Shown here: positions 24,145 to 38,523 of the stretch, piece after piece
How positions within the stretch are numbered: the stretch's first letter is position 1
How the letters are laid out: every line of letters starts with the position of its first letter
DNA from: Puccinia triticina
Lineage: Eukaryota
Direction of reading: 5' to 3'
DNA length: 64,000 nucleotides
Assembly (NCBI GenBank): GCA_026914245.1
Contig: CP110439.1
Span: forward strand, 3,100,001-3,164,000
Position numbers and translations under genes: made by a program
The notes under the pieces: model-generated
The model's input: only the letters and a program-made list of their open reading frames with translations
Told to the model about the DNA's origin: nothing
Databases searched by the model: none

Positions 24145-25549
24145 CAGGATGACTTACAGTCTAGGAGAAAAGAACACTGGCCCTGAGTTTCCAGACACTT
24201 TTTGCAGGAGTTTAGGTCCACATCCAGCTCGCATGAGTTGCTCAAGCCCGCAGAAACACAGGAAGTGCACGCCACCTTGCAGTATGACAGGGACAAACAA
24301 GCAACATTTGTTAGCCAATGAAGGAGGGTGGCGAGCTAGTATATACAAACCCTTGAGGACACCATAATGGATGACGTATAGAGTGATCCCTAGGAGAAGG
24401 CCGTGTTGATGCTGCATTATGGTGAGGAAGGGATCGGATGTGCAAAAGTCAGAATAAGAGTAAAGGCTAAACTGAGAAAAGCAAGACTCTGGCAGCCTCA
24501 CTCCAATGCAGCTGGGAACAAGAGCGGTAGCGAATCGAATCCGATTTGATTAAACTTCGCAGTAGGGAGAACAGTCGATCGGCGCAGATGAAAAGAGGAA
24601 GGGGCCCTAATCGATGGCTCAAACTTCAGTGGTAGATTGACGGTAGTACCAGGACCGATAGGAATCGCGACTTCACAAGACTGATCCCAGCGGTTCGGCG
24701 TCCGTATACCAAGAGTCGAAAGGGGCTCTTGCGTTGGAGTTCAGATGAACTGAAGTCGGTGCCAGGCGAGTTGAAAAAGTTTCCTACAGCTCAGAACTAG
24801 TGGAGGTTGTAGGGACGAAAATGGCGACAATGCCTATTTGATTCGATGCTGAGTCTGACAAAGGCTTCCCGTGCCTGCTTGGAAAGAACCGAGCTCACTA
24901 CATACACAAGCCTCACCCCTATGTAGTTCTTGAGGCTTCCAAGGGTCGAGCCCCTATCCCACAAGCAGCTTTTGTACCATCCTCATTTTGCTGGCACCGC
25001 CGCGTCATGCTATGAACCGCTCTTGAGAGGGGCAGTGTCAGGATCCAACAGGTGAAACTTCACGCCTTGTGCCCTCATTCTGAGCTCTCAAGTATGTCCA
25101 TGAACTTCAGGATAGAAAGGTCTAGACGTTGGCAACCTTCATTCCTCTTCATCCAGCCTGAGAAGCTGATCGGTCCTTTTTGGCCCATCAATGCATGCCA
25201 TTTCCATGAGTATGCTTATGCCAAAATCACTTCAAGACTGTGATTAACCGTGAATGGCGGTCATATTAACATATGAGTCTGTCAGATACATCTATCTGAA
25301 GTAATCAATCCTTCTCATGCTTGTCGACTATGTCCAAACCAACATATCACAAGAAAAAATGACGATGATTATGCTGGTTGGTGTTGTTTTTGAGACTTTT
25401 ACGGCGGAATTTCTTGGGGAGGAACAGAGGGAGAGAGAGAGAAAAGTTACAAAAACAAGATGATGATTGAATATAAAAGCTTGGTAGAAGATAGTGGAAA
25501 CAAATAGCAGTGCAAATTAGAAAAGAAACAACGATAATTGGATCGACGA

Positions 25550-28500
25550 TTATTCTCCGAACGGATTATTATCACCTTTATCAACTTGAGGATGAGGAGC
25601 GAGTAGGGGGTTATTCTTATCCGAGAGGGAGACGACGCGACCGTGTCCAGGTTTCCAAGAGGGTGGGTGGGGAAGCTGAGTGGAGGGATGCATAGGAAGG
25701 TGACTGCTGCTCTTAGTAGTTCTGAGTTTGCTGAAAGGCTCTGTAGGTGGCAGAGGCGCTTTCCTTCTCCTAGTACTTGGAAGTGTGGCTTCGTCAACGC
25801 GGCCCACGCTGGCTTGCAGAGGCGGGGAGGGCGCGGCTCGGCGGGGGGGCTTGTCAAGTGGACGGAGATTGGGCCGGTGAGATGTCATGGAGGGGCTCAG
25901 CGAGCCTGGAGTGGGCCCCGATGCCCGCCGTTGTGTCCCCATTTTGACCTCATCCGTCGCCGTTAGCCCAGCTGGTATATTATATTGGACGCTATCTGAA
26001 TGTCTGGCTGCGGGGATCCCGGTAGAACTCGGTCCAACCGAATTTGGGTCCGGTGATAAGTGAATACCAAGCTGTACTTTTCGCTTCGAAGTCGGAGGTT
26101 TGGGTGCAGGCCGTCGAGCAGGAGAATGTGACATAGAACACGAAGAGCCCGGTCTGCGAGAGCTGTCGGAGTTTGGACTATTCGAGCGAGCACTATTTAT
26201 GGAGGCTGGTCTATCAATCCCATCCGGCAGTGACGTCGTTGATGATGCGGTAGGGTGGGTGATCTGGGTGACTTGCGATTGCTCAGAAGTTTCATTGGAG
26301 TCCGCGATGACCACCTGCACAAACGCCTGGGAGAGGCCATCAATTATAACCGGCGAACGGAGGCCCGGTGGACTAGCGTGAGGATCTGGTATAATGGTTC
26401 TATGGGACTGAGGGTTTGCCGATGGTGATGTGGGAGAAGGCTGATGAGATGCCCGCAAGGGTATCGAAGGACCGGGTCTAGCAATTGGTGCACTGTCTGT
26501 GTTCGATGTGATCACCTCTGCAATACTTCCACCACCACTTAATTGACTACCAAGGGTATCCACGCTAAGTGATCGCATGGGCGCGCAGCTGAGCTTCGTC
26601 AACCCGGGTCTGTTCAGAGAGCTAGTTGCTCTTTCGAGCTCAAGACACCAATCAGACTGTAGATTCCTCTCTACCAGCCTCCTAGTGGTTGGGTTAACAT
26701 CATGCAAATGCGCATATTTGGTATGCGACAGGAGCACGTGTCGGATTTCTTCTCGCTTGTAAGGATGACTACGCAGTTGAGTGTGCGTGAGAAGCGGATG
26801 GAGTACTCTGAGGTAAGTGTGACGAAGCTGAGTCGGTAGGAACAATGTGAATTAGGGTCTATCAGAGTAGATTGCTGTGTTGAGTTTTGACAGAACTTAC
26901 ATCGTTACTTTCGTCAGGAAGATCTGATAGTTCCCGGATGAAGATGTCGACCAAGACGCACAGGTCATTTGTATAAAAATACTCATGAGTTCCCGGGGTG
27001 GTAAACAGTAAGTAAAGAATCTTGAGGATTAGTAAGGATACACATAAGCCCTCGGAGCTCGAATGGGATGCTCTGTTGAGGATGAAGATTAGGTTCTCGC
27101 CAAAGGTTTTGCTCTCGTCTAGACGGTGCTTCATTGTCCGAATGATAATATTACTTTCTCCATCTGAAGCATGATGGCTTCTGCGTCGGTGATGCCGGGG
27201 GGGATTGTCAATCGGTTTCTGCGACTCATGGTGTAAGCCTGCTAGCATGAATTGTTCATTGAGAGCAATCTGTTTCAGTACAATATTTTGATCAGTCAAT
27301 GGATTCATGAAAGACGAAATCGCCAATAAAAAGATCACAAGAATTGATGTGCTGACAATGAGCTTGATGAGGTTGTAATTAAACGTCTCATCCTCCTGGT
27401 CTCGAGTCAATTCGACTAATTGGAATAGGTTATCGATCAACTGTTCCGAAAACAAGCTCAAAGTTTCATATTCTAGCTTCTGTACCCGACATAACTCGTA
27501 AAGTAATCCAGACAGGAGGGGTCCTAATTTGCGTTCTGCACACCTCTCATTGGCCGAGCCGGGAGATGAGCAGTCTGAGGGGATATCCGTACGGTACTCA
27601 TTTGATTGAAACGTGTTGGAGAGAGGGTAGGCGAATGACGAAGGGACCAATCCGACTCGGGTACCGATAGCAAGTAAGACGGGGATCAGCTGGGAAAGCT
27701 CGGCGGATGGGTTGGGGTGACTGATTGGAGATGATGAGTTGGTGAGGTTGAGGGCAGAAAGGTCGATGGTGCGTAGGGTGCGAAAAAAGTTGGCAGTTTT
27801 GAAGCCGTTGAGCAGAAGGACGAGACATGCGACGAAGATCAACGGGAGAGGTGTTGATGGCTGTGGTGACGGGGTGATAGGTTGTGTGCGAGCGGCAGCG
27901 GAGATGTTGTTGGTGATGGTGTCGAAGGATCAAAAGCAACAAGGGTCGATATGGCTAAACCGCAGTTGAATCTTGTGAAGATAAAGGTGGCTGGTGACTG
28001 GGTTGGAAGACGGTTGAGGGGAAGATTACGCAGGGGACTCACTTACGTCGATTAGAATGAGGATAATTGAATTGGTAGACCGTTGACTGTGATTGAGGAA
28101 TAAGGGACTGTGGAGTAGGGTCGAGACCGCATGATGCAGTGATTCTTCATCGGATAGGTAGCCGACTGATATCACGTGCAAGCCCGTCCGCAATTCAGAA
28201 TACTAGCTCGACAGGAATCCGAAAGAGTGAACTCTGCATACCCAGATTGGAGCCCATCATGTCCAGAGACCGAGTCAGAGCTCCATCGAGCTCGGCAAGC
28301 TGTGCGGTAGGAGGGGTTGTTAAGACCTGGTGAAACGCTTCAGAGTGACAAGAATCCAATCAAATAAATATCAACACCTTCTGGTTGGAAGCTATACAGG
28401 TGACGTACCTGACCAGAACTGCTCATCCGTCTCTTTGATCATCGCGGCGAGTGAATCCAATGTTCCGGTGTATTCCGAATACCCGTGCGATTGCGCTAGA

Positions 28501-28656
28501 CGTTCCAGTAAGGCCAGATCGGCCGGGGTTGACGTGTCTTGGAATGTAAAGAATATAAAACGGGGGTTGTTCCATTTGCTCAAGTTTCTTGACGATCGGC
28601 GAAGAGGACCCTGCGGAGACTGTCACCGTAGTATCACACGACGAAGAGTGTGACAT
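25550..28656 (-). CDS. LDB17: LDB17/Dip1 (WISH/DIP/SPIN90, DUF2013) Arp2/3 activator-like protein, multi-exon
   Basis: Motifs QFWS, DETFNYNLIKLIV-ALNEQFM, KTFGENLIFILNR, LKILYLLFTTPGTHEYFYTNDLCVLVDIFIREL and LRHTYLRVLHPLL, followed by a Pro-rich tail. The start codon is uncertain. Confidence 0.8.
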
Positions 28657-30971
28657 CCAGTCTGCTGCCGCGAAAGAGACAGAATCACTGCGGCGCGGCT
28701 GCCTAGTGTGACTTTCCTCTGCTGATTCTCGCCAGACAAACTTTGTTCAGTTTGCGCAGTGCCTTTTCTACACCCACAAACCTACTAGAAGCAAAGGAGC
28801 TCCCATCACCCAGCAGGAACCTAGCATCATTCCAGCGGCTTGGTCTATGTGTGCATACACGACTGACAATCAAACACGCATCTTGCATCAAAAACCGGAC
28901 TGTTTTTCACCTAGAACTTGTGTGCATGAATCGAATTCAGCTTGAGGCCAAATTCGAGATAACCAGGGGGGAAAACAATCGGCCTAAGCCTGAGACTCAG
29001 AATCTCAAGGTCCCACCATGAAACGCTGCACAAGCTGACGAGATGAAGAGCCGCTCCAACGGCCGGTGGCTGAAGCAATCCGTAGCTCCCAAATTTCCTT
29101 CCGCTAGACATGACAGCAGCAGCGGTATGAAAGTTCAGCGTTCAGAATCGGCCGTACATCTCCTTCGCGTTGACGTTTGAAGAAGCTTGGACAACCGCTT
29201 ACTGCTGGCGGTACAGTGGTGAGTGTAGCGCTGACATGTGCTAGAGCGTTGAACAGGCCGCGGAGATGAGTATGGGCCAGTATGGGCCATCTTTCATTAT
29301 TGACTAGCACCGTGTTTCAGTGGCTCCTACAATACCTGCAGCTCATCGAGCCAATGACACAATAAAAGGTGGCAATAGCGACCCGCATTACCTGAGACTT
29401 GACTGGGCTACTCGAGGTTCATCGAGGTCGGCAAGTTTGGCCAACGCGATGAGGCCAAAAATCCGAAGTCCTGATCTCGTGGAAGGCGTCACTAGCTCCG
29501 CATAAGCTATTGGTTAGATTGAAACGACTCCAAACCGGCATTTTTTCAAAAAAAAAAAAAAAAGAAAGAAAGAAAAAGAGCTTCACTTCATTTTCCCCGA
29601 GCATTCTATTAAAAGTCCCTCCTTACGGCATCACGCCCTTGTTTCACAGCTAGAGGAAATCCCTTACCCATCGCTCGTTTTTACTTAATAACTTCAAAAA
29701 CCACAACAGGTGGATGCGTTGTCACCTCGGTGCGCTGGTTTTCTCCAGCGCAATTCTAATCCCTCTCACGGAAACGTTGGGCCAATGTTCCGACGTACGA
29801 TTGACAAAGCGAGCCCGAACTACCATAGAGATGGGTAACATGTGAGTTTCCAAAATATAGATTGAAGGACTGCCTGTCAATCTGGGAACTCGGATTTTTT
29901 CAGATTTACCAGAGAAATCTAGGCTTGATTATCCCAAAGCCTAAATCTGCCCAGATTTCCCTGCAAATTTTGAGAATCTGGGTTTCCAGATTGACGGGGA
30001 TCCAGATCTTGACTTCCTTGTTCAAAGTTTCTAATGAGCTGTGCCAAACTCTCTCTAACTCGACAAACTAGACTCGCACAGTAAGTGACATCTCAGGTGA
30101 CAATGTGCATCGAAAATGGCAGCAGCTGATCTCAACAAGTTTCTTATCTAATTTTTTTTTATTTCAATCAGCGATTCACCACAGATAACCCAACGCATGT
30201 ATGATTGACACAAACACCTGCTTTTCAAAATAAGTCATTATGTCATACCAAAGTGATTTTGATACCTTTGCTATCCAATTTTACATCTCCATTTGAACAG
30301 AAAAGTGCCGCATATAGGACAAGAAGATGAGCTCAACCTGTAAGCAAAATTCATTTAACATTCCCCCCCCCCCAAACTTTTTGAATCAAAGTGGGGACCA
30401 TCTTTATGATTTTTCTCTCCTTCAAATCCCATTAAATAGCCAAAGAGACCAGAGGCTTTCCACAAACCTCCCAGATAAAAGCCCCCATTTTTCCAATTGG
30501 GTCCCATCCACAGAATCAGAAATTCAACAAAATGGATACATGTAAGATAAATTCTAAAATATTGAAACAAACAAAGTTCTTTCTAATGGCCTTCTTTGAT
30601 TGATGTGAAAAATAATCTTCTTTCAGAACATTGCCCGAATATCGTTATATTGCAATGCAAACACTTAATTTGGATCCTGCACAGATAGATGCTTTCATTG
30701 CTAGCTTAGAGTAAGGTTATCTCCATCGGAAGAAATTTCAAGCTTAGAGATGGCCAAACGAACCCGCGGGCGGGTACCTGCTATCCGCTGGCGGGTACCC
30801 GCCCAAGGTCGGCGGGTACCCGCCAGCGTGTGCGTGTTCGGGTGCGGATGTCTGATATTCTGGGGATATCCCATAGGGTACCCGGGTATTTTTTGCCACA
30901 CCCGCGCACAGCTGTACTTGTGTGCGCTGCAGCTGCGCACCACAGGATCTCCGACCGGGCTTCCCCTCCCC

Positions 30972-31068
30972 CTCCTCAACCATACCCGGCAACCTCACCC
31001 ATCCTCAACCATACCCGGCAACCTCACCCATCCTCAACCATACCCGGCAACCTCAACCATACCCGGCG
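30972..31068 (+). repeat. ~29-bp tandem repeat (CCTCAACCATACCCGGCAACCTCACCCAT) upstream of the hAT ATG
   Basis: Two full units followed by partial units, read directly. Confidence 0.8.
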
Positions 31069-31090
31069 CCCTCAACCTCCTACCTACACA

Positions 31091-34000
31091 ATGGCCCGAG
31101 CGCGCAAGCGACCCCGACAAAGGTCAGAAGACGAAACAGACAGACCCACCGGCCAATCAAACAACGAAGAAGATTATCGCGAAGAAGATCACAATCAAGA
31201 TCTTGACTTGGCTGGCGCAAACGTTCCCTCCGGACCTGAATCAACTGATGAGCAGCGACTAGGTAAGCCTCCATTTCCTATTCTTTATCATCTATACTTT
31301 GATATGCCAGCTCACCAGCATGAATCCCTTAGAACATGCAATCAAACTTTCCCAGAATCAAGTGAGCTCGGCATACGCTTCTTACGACCCACCCAAGTTA
31401 TCAGATCAGCTCGATAAGTTCAATCGCCGCATGATTGCATGGCAATGTAAATTGTGTGTATATTTTATTTTATTAGAGACAACTAGAATATATTATCCTA
31501 ACCTGAATATATTATTCTCACCAGGTGTTCTAAAAAAATTAATCGCCCGACATACGACTCGTCCTGCAGCAATCTTCTGACACATGCGGGTCGATGCCTC
31601 AGGAAGCAACAAAATCCTTCAAGTAACAAGTCGCTTGCATCGTGTGGAGTAACCGGCACGGGTGACATAGACCCGCGGGAGGTGAGACTTATTTCCAGGT
31701 CTTTCTATTTGGTCATCTCATCTGAATACCTTCTTTCTTGGGCTCTAGGTTTTGCAACGATGTGCTATATGGTGCGCTGAGGGCGCAAAACCCTTTTCAG
31801 CCTTGGAGGAAATCAGCTTCAAGAGGGTTCTCCACCCAACGATCTTAAAGAATCTTCCGACTCACAAGGCGGTATCGATCGCGATTCATAAGCTATATTT
31901 GAGTGTTCAGGAGAAGCTCCTTGAGGAGCTGAAGGTAAACTTTCGTTTTTATTTTTCTCCAGATTGATTAGAAACTAACTTCAACTTGCACTCAGGTCCA
32001 CAATGGGGCACTGTACTTGGGTGTTGACGCCTGGCAGACACCGAACGGATACGATATCATCGGTGCAGTTATCTACCGACTATTGGATGATCCAAGCGGT
32101 AAGGTTGTTTTAAATGTGATGCCTCTGGATTTTGTCCAGCTCAAAGAAAGGCATACTGGTGGCTACTTGGCTCGCGTTGTACAATACATAGTTGAGAAGT
32201 TTGAATTGGAGAATCGCGTACGTACTCTTTCTTTTTCATTTTGTTTTATTCCCTTTTCAGCTTTCTGATCCTCTTTGACTCCCCTTAGATCTGTGGGATA
32301 GTTTCCGATAATGCAGCAAACAACGGAGTGATGATTGAAGAGTTGGCAAAACTCAAATGGAAGCAATTCCAAGGTGAGCCGCACTGGATCAGGTGCTTCG
32401 CACACATCCTCAATCTCATAGTCCAGGCGATACTCCGACGATTTGGACGCAAAGAAAAAACCCCTTCAAACACTCCCGTAGTTACTGAGATCAACAAATC
32501 CGATGAGGAAGAAGATGCCCATGATTTAATTGAAAGGTACGTTCGTTGTTTACCACATACTATGCTTATTAATTGTCGCTGATCATGAACAATCGTTCTG
32601 TCTCTATCTACCTTTTTAGCTTCCAAAGCCCCAGCAATGAGTTCGGTGACTCCGATGAAGAAGATGACAGCGACAATCTTCCCAATATTACCCATGGACA
32701 ACTTGGCAATGACGATGAGCTGACCCTGGCTGACCTCGAAGACATTGAAGAGGAGAGCGTGGATGATAGTTATACCTCCGAAACTTGTTGCCGATCACTT
32801 GCAAAGGTGAGTTTTTTACTTATTGGCTGGTCTGTAAAACAAACACTCGAATTGACCCAATATATCTTCTCATATCCAGTTTCGTGGAATTGCAACCAAA
32901 CTCAACAAGTCGCCGAACTCCAAGGCAAAGTTCATAGAGCTTTGTCAAGAAAAGAATTGCAAGAGGCCTCATAACGTCAAGCAAGACGTCCCAACACGTT
33001 GGAACTCAACTTACTTGCAGCTTTCAAGCATCGTTCGATGCGAGGACGCTATGTAAGTACCACTTTGCTAATATTAATTCAGATTGTGAACAAGGCTGAC
33101 CCTCATTTCTGTAGTATCATGTGGCAACGAGACAAAACGTTTGGCACCCCTCGCGGCATTCATGTGAATCAAGAGGACTTTGACTTGGCGGCGGACCTGG
33201 TGAAGGTTCTCAAACCTTTTTACGAAATGACCCTTCAAGTCTCAACATCCTCCTTGGCTTGGGTTGCCGAGGTTGTTGTCTTGATCGATCAAATCACTGC
33301 AAATCTTTCGGCGGTGATTGCAAACAAGGATGGTGATTATCCTGCAGCTTTACGAAACGCCTGCCAAGCTGGGCTTGCGATTACAAACAAATACTATTCG
33401 CTTACGGACTGTTCGCCAATATACAGAATTGCAATGAGTGAGTGGATTCCCGCTTCTAATCTCGTATGCTTTCTGAGGTTGACTAAGCAAAACTGCCTCC
33501 AAACTCCCAGTTCTCCACCCGTCTTTCAAAGACGAATACTTTAAGCTTGCCAAGTGGCCCAGGGAATGGATCGACGAGGCCATCAGACTCACTCGCGATA
33601 TGTATAGCAAATGGTACAAGCCAAAAAAATCAACTTCACTCCCTAGAATACCAAGACAAGGACCACCAAAGGTAAATTTCCTCCTGCAATCGATATCGCT
33701 ATCTCACCATGAGCTGATCAAATTTGTTATTTAGGTACAAACAGGTGTTCTTGCTGGTCTAGGTGCGGCTGCTTTAGCCAGATCAGCTGAACCTGTGTCA
33801 GATCCATTGGACATTTGGCTCTCAGGCGGCCTATTTTTGGAGGATGGCGAGCCGATCAATGCCCTCAATTGGTGGGCCGGGCAGAAATAGGGCGGAAACA
33901 ATCATGATGGTCTCTTGCAGATGGCTCTCGACGTTCTTAGTTGCCCAGGTAAGATTAGATGAGACCCTCTTATCCTCTTCAGTTGATTATCCATTCTAAT

Positions 34001-34254
34001 TTTTTTTTTTATACATAGCTACAACAGTCGATGTTGAGCGCACTTTCAGCTTCGGCCGAGACTATGTCTCTGTCAGGAGGCACAAACTCAATGCCAAATC
34101 AGTAAGTCGAGGGATGGCCCTGTCGTTCTATTCGAAGAACGACAAGATCAAGCCTCTGGCCCTCCACGATTTCATGGCAAAGGGGAAGAACAAGTCTAAG
34201 AGTAAGGGTAAGAAAAGTAGCGGCAGCAATGTGAATGTGGTGACTGTGGAGTGA
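31091..34254 (+). pseudogene. hAT transposase, multi-exon, with a premature stop in the dimerisation domain
   Basis: Starts MARARKRPR. BED-like W.CK.C..H; GVDAWQTPN; VSDNAANN; IRCFAHILNLIVQ; DVPTRWNST; and TVDVERTFSFGR. In-frame TAG at 33888-33890 (NWWAGQK*GG). Confidence 0.88.
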
Positions 34255-34523
34255 CTTTTAGCCACTCCACTGTCACCATAACTATGTATACAAGACTATG
34301 TGAAGAAATAAGAACGATATCTGTCTTTGTGAGAGTATTGAGAGCATTTTGCGTAACGGGTACCTGCAGGTACCCGCGCGGGTACCGCCAATACCCGCTC
34401 TGTTCCACTCTGCGGGTGCGGGTGCCGGTGCGGGTGCGGGTGTCCTACTTGGGCTAAAAACAGCTGCAGGTACCCGCACCAAAACGGGTACCCGGGTGTG
34501 GCGGGGCCATCTCTATTCAAGCT

Positions 34524-37500
34524 GTTGGACCTAGTAAATTTGCCAGTTGTTTTGACATTTTTAACATTATTCTTTTTACCCCTGTCAATCATACCCTAGA
34601 TTCAAATCATATGCAGAACCAATGAAAGGAATCCAAGGTACTGGTAAACACGGGGGAAAAAGGTTCAACGTCTCAGATTTGCTTCATGATAACATTAAAT
34701 GGAATGCTAAAAATGGACCACCGTAAGTTTATTTGGTAATTATGTGTGGACAAAAACTGTTTTGACTGAGTGGTTTTTTTTTGTCTTATCAAGGAAGGCA
34801 CCATTTCTCAAAGAAACTGAAAAAGAGGAAATGATAAATGAACTGACACCAAATTTTGAAAAACTGTATGTACCTACCCAAATGATTCTGGCCTAAAACA
34901 AACAAAAGGATCATGAACTGATTCAAAAAAAACACCTTGATTTATAAATTAGCCGGTTGACAGATATTGTTGATATTTTGCTTGATGATACAAGGCATGA
35001 AGAAAATAAGAACTTATTCAGGAGTTTTGTATTACAAGGGGGAGGTTCTAATGATAATGATCTTGGTGGAGATTGGTGGAATTACAGTATGGTCAAGGAG
35101 ATGCTTGAAGATTGGAAGAAACTGTATTACTCTGGTCTTGGAGAATGTGAGTCAAGAGTGAGAATTGATTAAGATATGTTAATCCTTTCAAATTTATTCA
35201 TTCATGAGGCTCATTTAACTCTGAATGTTTAGTTCAAGAGACAAAGAAGAAATTAATGTAGGCTCCTGCAATGATGATTCACCATCAATTTTCAAATGTG
35301 CACATCTGAATTCAACTAATTTCAAAACTACCACAGATTATGGGAAGAGTTCCAGATGTATTCAAAACAAATATTTGGATTTGATGATGAATTGATGAAA
35401 ATAATCAACAAAGATTTTGAAATGTATGTTTTTCTCAATTTCCAACACATGATATATGCATTCATAAATTAAGACAAATTTCCCAATATTCACTTTATTG
35501 ATTCTTCATCTGCTCCAGAAAATTTAAAGATATCAAGTTTGGCACCATGAATTTAAACCAGGGCGCTCTTTGGCTCCCTAATTTGATTTCTTCCACTTTT
35601 CATTGGCTGGAGACCAATGGTAAACTGTCAGTATTCTTTGCATCCATTTTTTTACTAGATACTTATTGCTATTTGGATGAAGGCCTCCATCAATATCCAA
35701 AAAGATTGAGGCAGGAATGTCGCTGAGGCAAATTTCAAAAGAGGTGGAGCTGAAGTTCTACCAAAGGTTAGTTCATTCACAAATTTGCCATTCCTCAAGT
35801 ATTTCAAAAGGAGTGATTCCTACATAAAATCAATGCCTTGAATCTCCTACTTTTACCTTTCATGTTTTGATAGCATGGGAAAGAATTATGGAAACTATAG
35901 GTCAGGTTTTTTTTAATGTTTTCCTTGCATATCATTCACATTAATTAGGACTTAAAACTCTCTTTCTAAATCAATCTGTTGGAATAGAAAGGAAAAGCGT
36001 CCCATCACATATGCCCAGCTTGTTGAAGAGTCAAACCCAAAAATATTGAACTGGATTGCATCCACAAATTCAGAACGTTCAGCAGGATACATGTAAGCTG
36101 GATGATGAAAATTAAAAATGTAATCATTTTATGAGTCAGAGCTCTTGGCTGAAGTAAAGAATGGTGTTTTAACAGAACATTAAGGGAATATCGTGTAACT
36201 GCAATACGGGTGATGGTGGCGGATCCAAAGAAGATGGATGCTTTTGTTGATGACTTTGAGTGAGTTAATTTCATGCAAAGCAAGTTGATGGGATTAATTT
36301 GTGTGTAGATGAAAACTGTTGTCACTCAGATTCCAATCTTGATTGGCACTTCTCATTCACACATCAGAAATATCGGTGCAGCTTCCCCTCTGTGGGCATG
36401 TATAAGCTCCACTTGCTGCAAAAATGACTCTTCCAATTTTCTTGATTCCAAGAAGTTTTTGTCCATGCACAAAGGAATTCTCAAATTCATAAATTATCAA
36501 CTTGTGAATGCTGTTTAAAACTGATTCTATCTTTTTTAAAAATGAAAAACCAGAAAATCAAAAAAAATCCAAGATGTGAAAGATAAAGAAAACATAAAGT
36601 TCAAGATATCAGACATAATCAAGAATCACCTGTTTTGGGCTGACTTGAATGATCGAAAGTGAGTGATATTGAGAGATCCTTTTTGAAATAAGAAAGAAAA
36701 ATTGATTTCATTTTATTACAAAGGAATGAATATGTTAGTTCCATAGAACTGAACACAAATATGGATGATGTAGTGAAATTTTTGGAGCCAAAGTTCAAAG
36801 TTCCGTAAGTATTTCATCACATTTTTCATATTCCAAGGAAAGAAACTCCATGAACTGAAGTTACCAAAAAATACTGTTTTCCTTGATGATGAAAATGAGT
36901 CAGTGATCTGCGAGACATTCTTGAGCTTCTCACAGATGATCATCCTTATTTCAAAAGTAACAAGAAGAAATTTGAATCCTTTTTGTATGAGGAAATGGCA
37001 AATGATAAATTGGACGTGTATGGAGACCCCTGGGAGTATAAAAATGTCAAACCAATTTACGAAGAGTGGAAAAAAATTCAACACACCAGTTGGAGAGAGC
37101 GTGAGTGTAGTGGAGAAAAAGCAAAGTTGATAGTTTTGGTTTGAATGAATCCTCAATTCCTGACAAATAATGCTGTTTCACTTCCCAAACATTCAATTTT
37201 GAAAACCAAAGCACTAGAATCAGACAGAAAATTCATGTAAGCCTTGCATTTTTTGATCAAACAAAACAGGAATCCAAGTCAAGACATCTGACTAATTTCC
37301 AAGGAAAAATTGTTACCTAGCTCTTGGGAAAAATTTGAAGAGCTGAGACCAGAGATTTTTGGCATGGATGAGAAATTGAATCAAGATATGAAAAATGATG
37401 AGTTTCTGTAGGTATCTATTCAAGCTGCAAAAAACAAAATACCCCACTTCACTGAGCATAACAAACTAACATGTGTATCATCATTGATTTTCACAAATCA

Positions 37501-37944
37501 GACAGCATAGAAAAGTTGTTTTCTTCAGTCAATATGGACGCAATGAAAAATTTTGGCTCCCCCACATGATTGGCTCTAATTTGAAATGGCTGCAAGAAAA
37601 CAACAAACTGTTGAGTTTTTCCTCCTGATGAATTATTTCTTTGTGATAAATTCAAATGCCATAACTGATTGTTTTTTTTTTGATGAAGGCCAAAGCCAAT
37701 TGCTGAAAAGCTTGAGTCAGGGATGTCCCTCAAAGAAATTGCAACCGAGTTAGAGGAAAGATATTTGGGGAAATCAGCCAGCCAAAAAAGTCAAGGAGTG
37801 TCTCCCACTGATCCTATCCATCCATCACATCCACCTACTCCTGGCACATCCACCAAGCCACAGTTGCCCTGGTGGAAAAAAATTACTCAGGGAATAAGCC
37901 TAGCTGGGAAAAGATTGGTCAAATTTCTCAAGGAATGGAAGTGA
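34524..37944 (+). pseudogene. Degenerate AT-rich multi-exon gene interrupted by the hAT
   Basis: Short coding-like exons with GT..AG introns (e.g. 34957-35172, 37723-37944 ending LVKFLKEWK*) and scattered stops. The frame appears to continue across the TSD from about 30655 (..KKFQA|VGP). Confidence 0.35.
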
Positions 37945-38523
37945 TTCTGTCATTGTTGCAACCTTTTCCTTTTTTTATATCTAGGTTTCAAAAGCAGATA
38001 GTTATGTTTCATTTTGGGTGTTGCTTATTCTCATCATTTTTTCTTTCTCTACCAAAGGCTACTTAGTCTCAGTTTGCTATGTGGCCAGCTCTATCTCAGA
38101 TATTTATCTAGAACAAAAATTAACCATCAACATTACTCCTAGGAGCAAATGGAAGATCATTTGCATGACCTGTGGGGGTTGAAATGTTTTTCAACACAAC
38201 CAGCACGTGATTGAATTCCACATGTGTATTTGAACAGAGTCACACAGGGAGTCGCGATCTGCAAGCTCCTGGTGACTAATTTACCAATACACAATCAAAT
38301 TGTAAATTGTCAAGATACATTTCGAGATAGTCAGGAATACTGAGTGGAGGATGAGAGACAAGCATGATACCGATACATTGTGGACACCAATTGATAAGTT
38401 TGACTGACACAAGAAAATACAACAACAAAGCAATAGGAAGGGATGATAAGCAAAAGGAGACGATATTAAGCAACAGGAAGCGGGGTATAGAAAAAAATGG
38501 GGTTGCCTGGTTAGATGGTATGA

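Larger units (their letters stand above)
30745..34515 (+). mobile_element. Full-length hAT DNA transposon
   Basis: TIR TAGAGATGGCC / GGCCATCTCTA. Perfect 8-bp TSD TTCAAGCT at 30737-30744 and 34516-34523. GGGTACCCG subterminal repeats. Confidence 0.95.

Noticed and set aside
29826..30060. hAT-like MITE starting TAGAGATGGG
   Set aside because: No convincing matching right TIR or TSD. It is at most a remnant.
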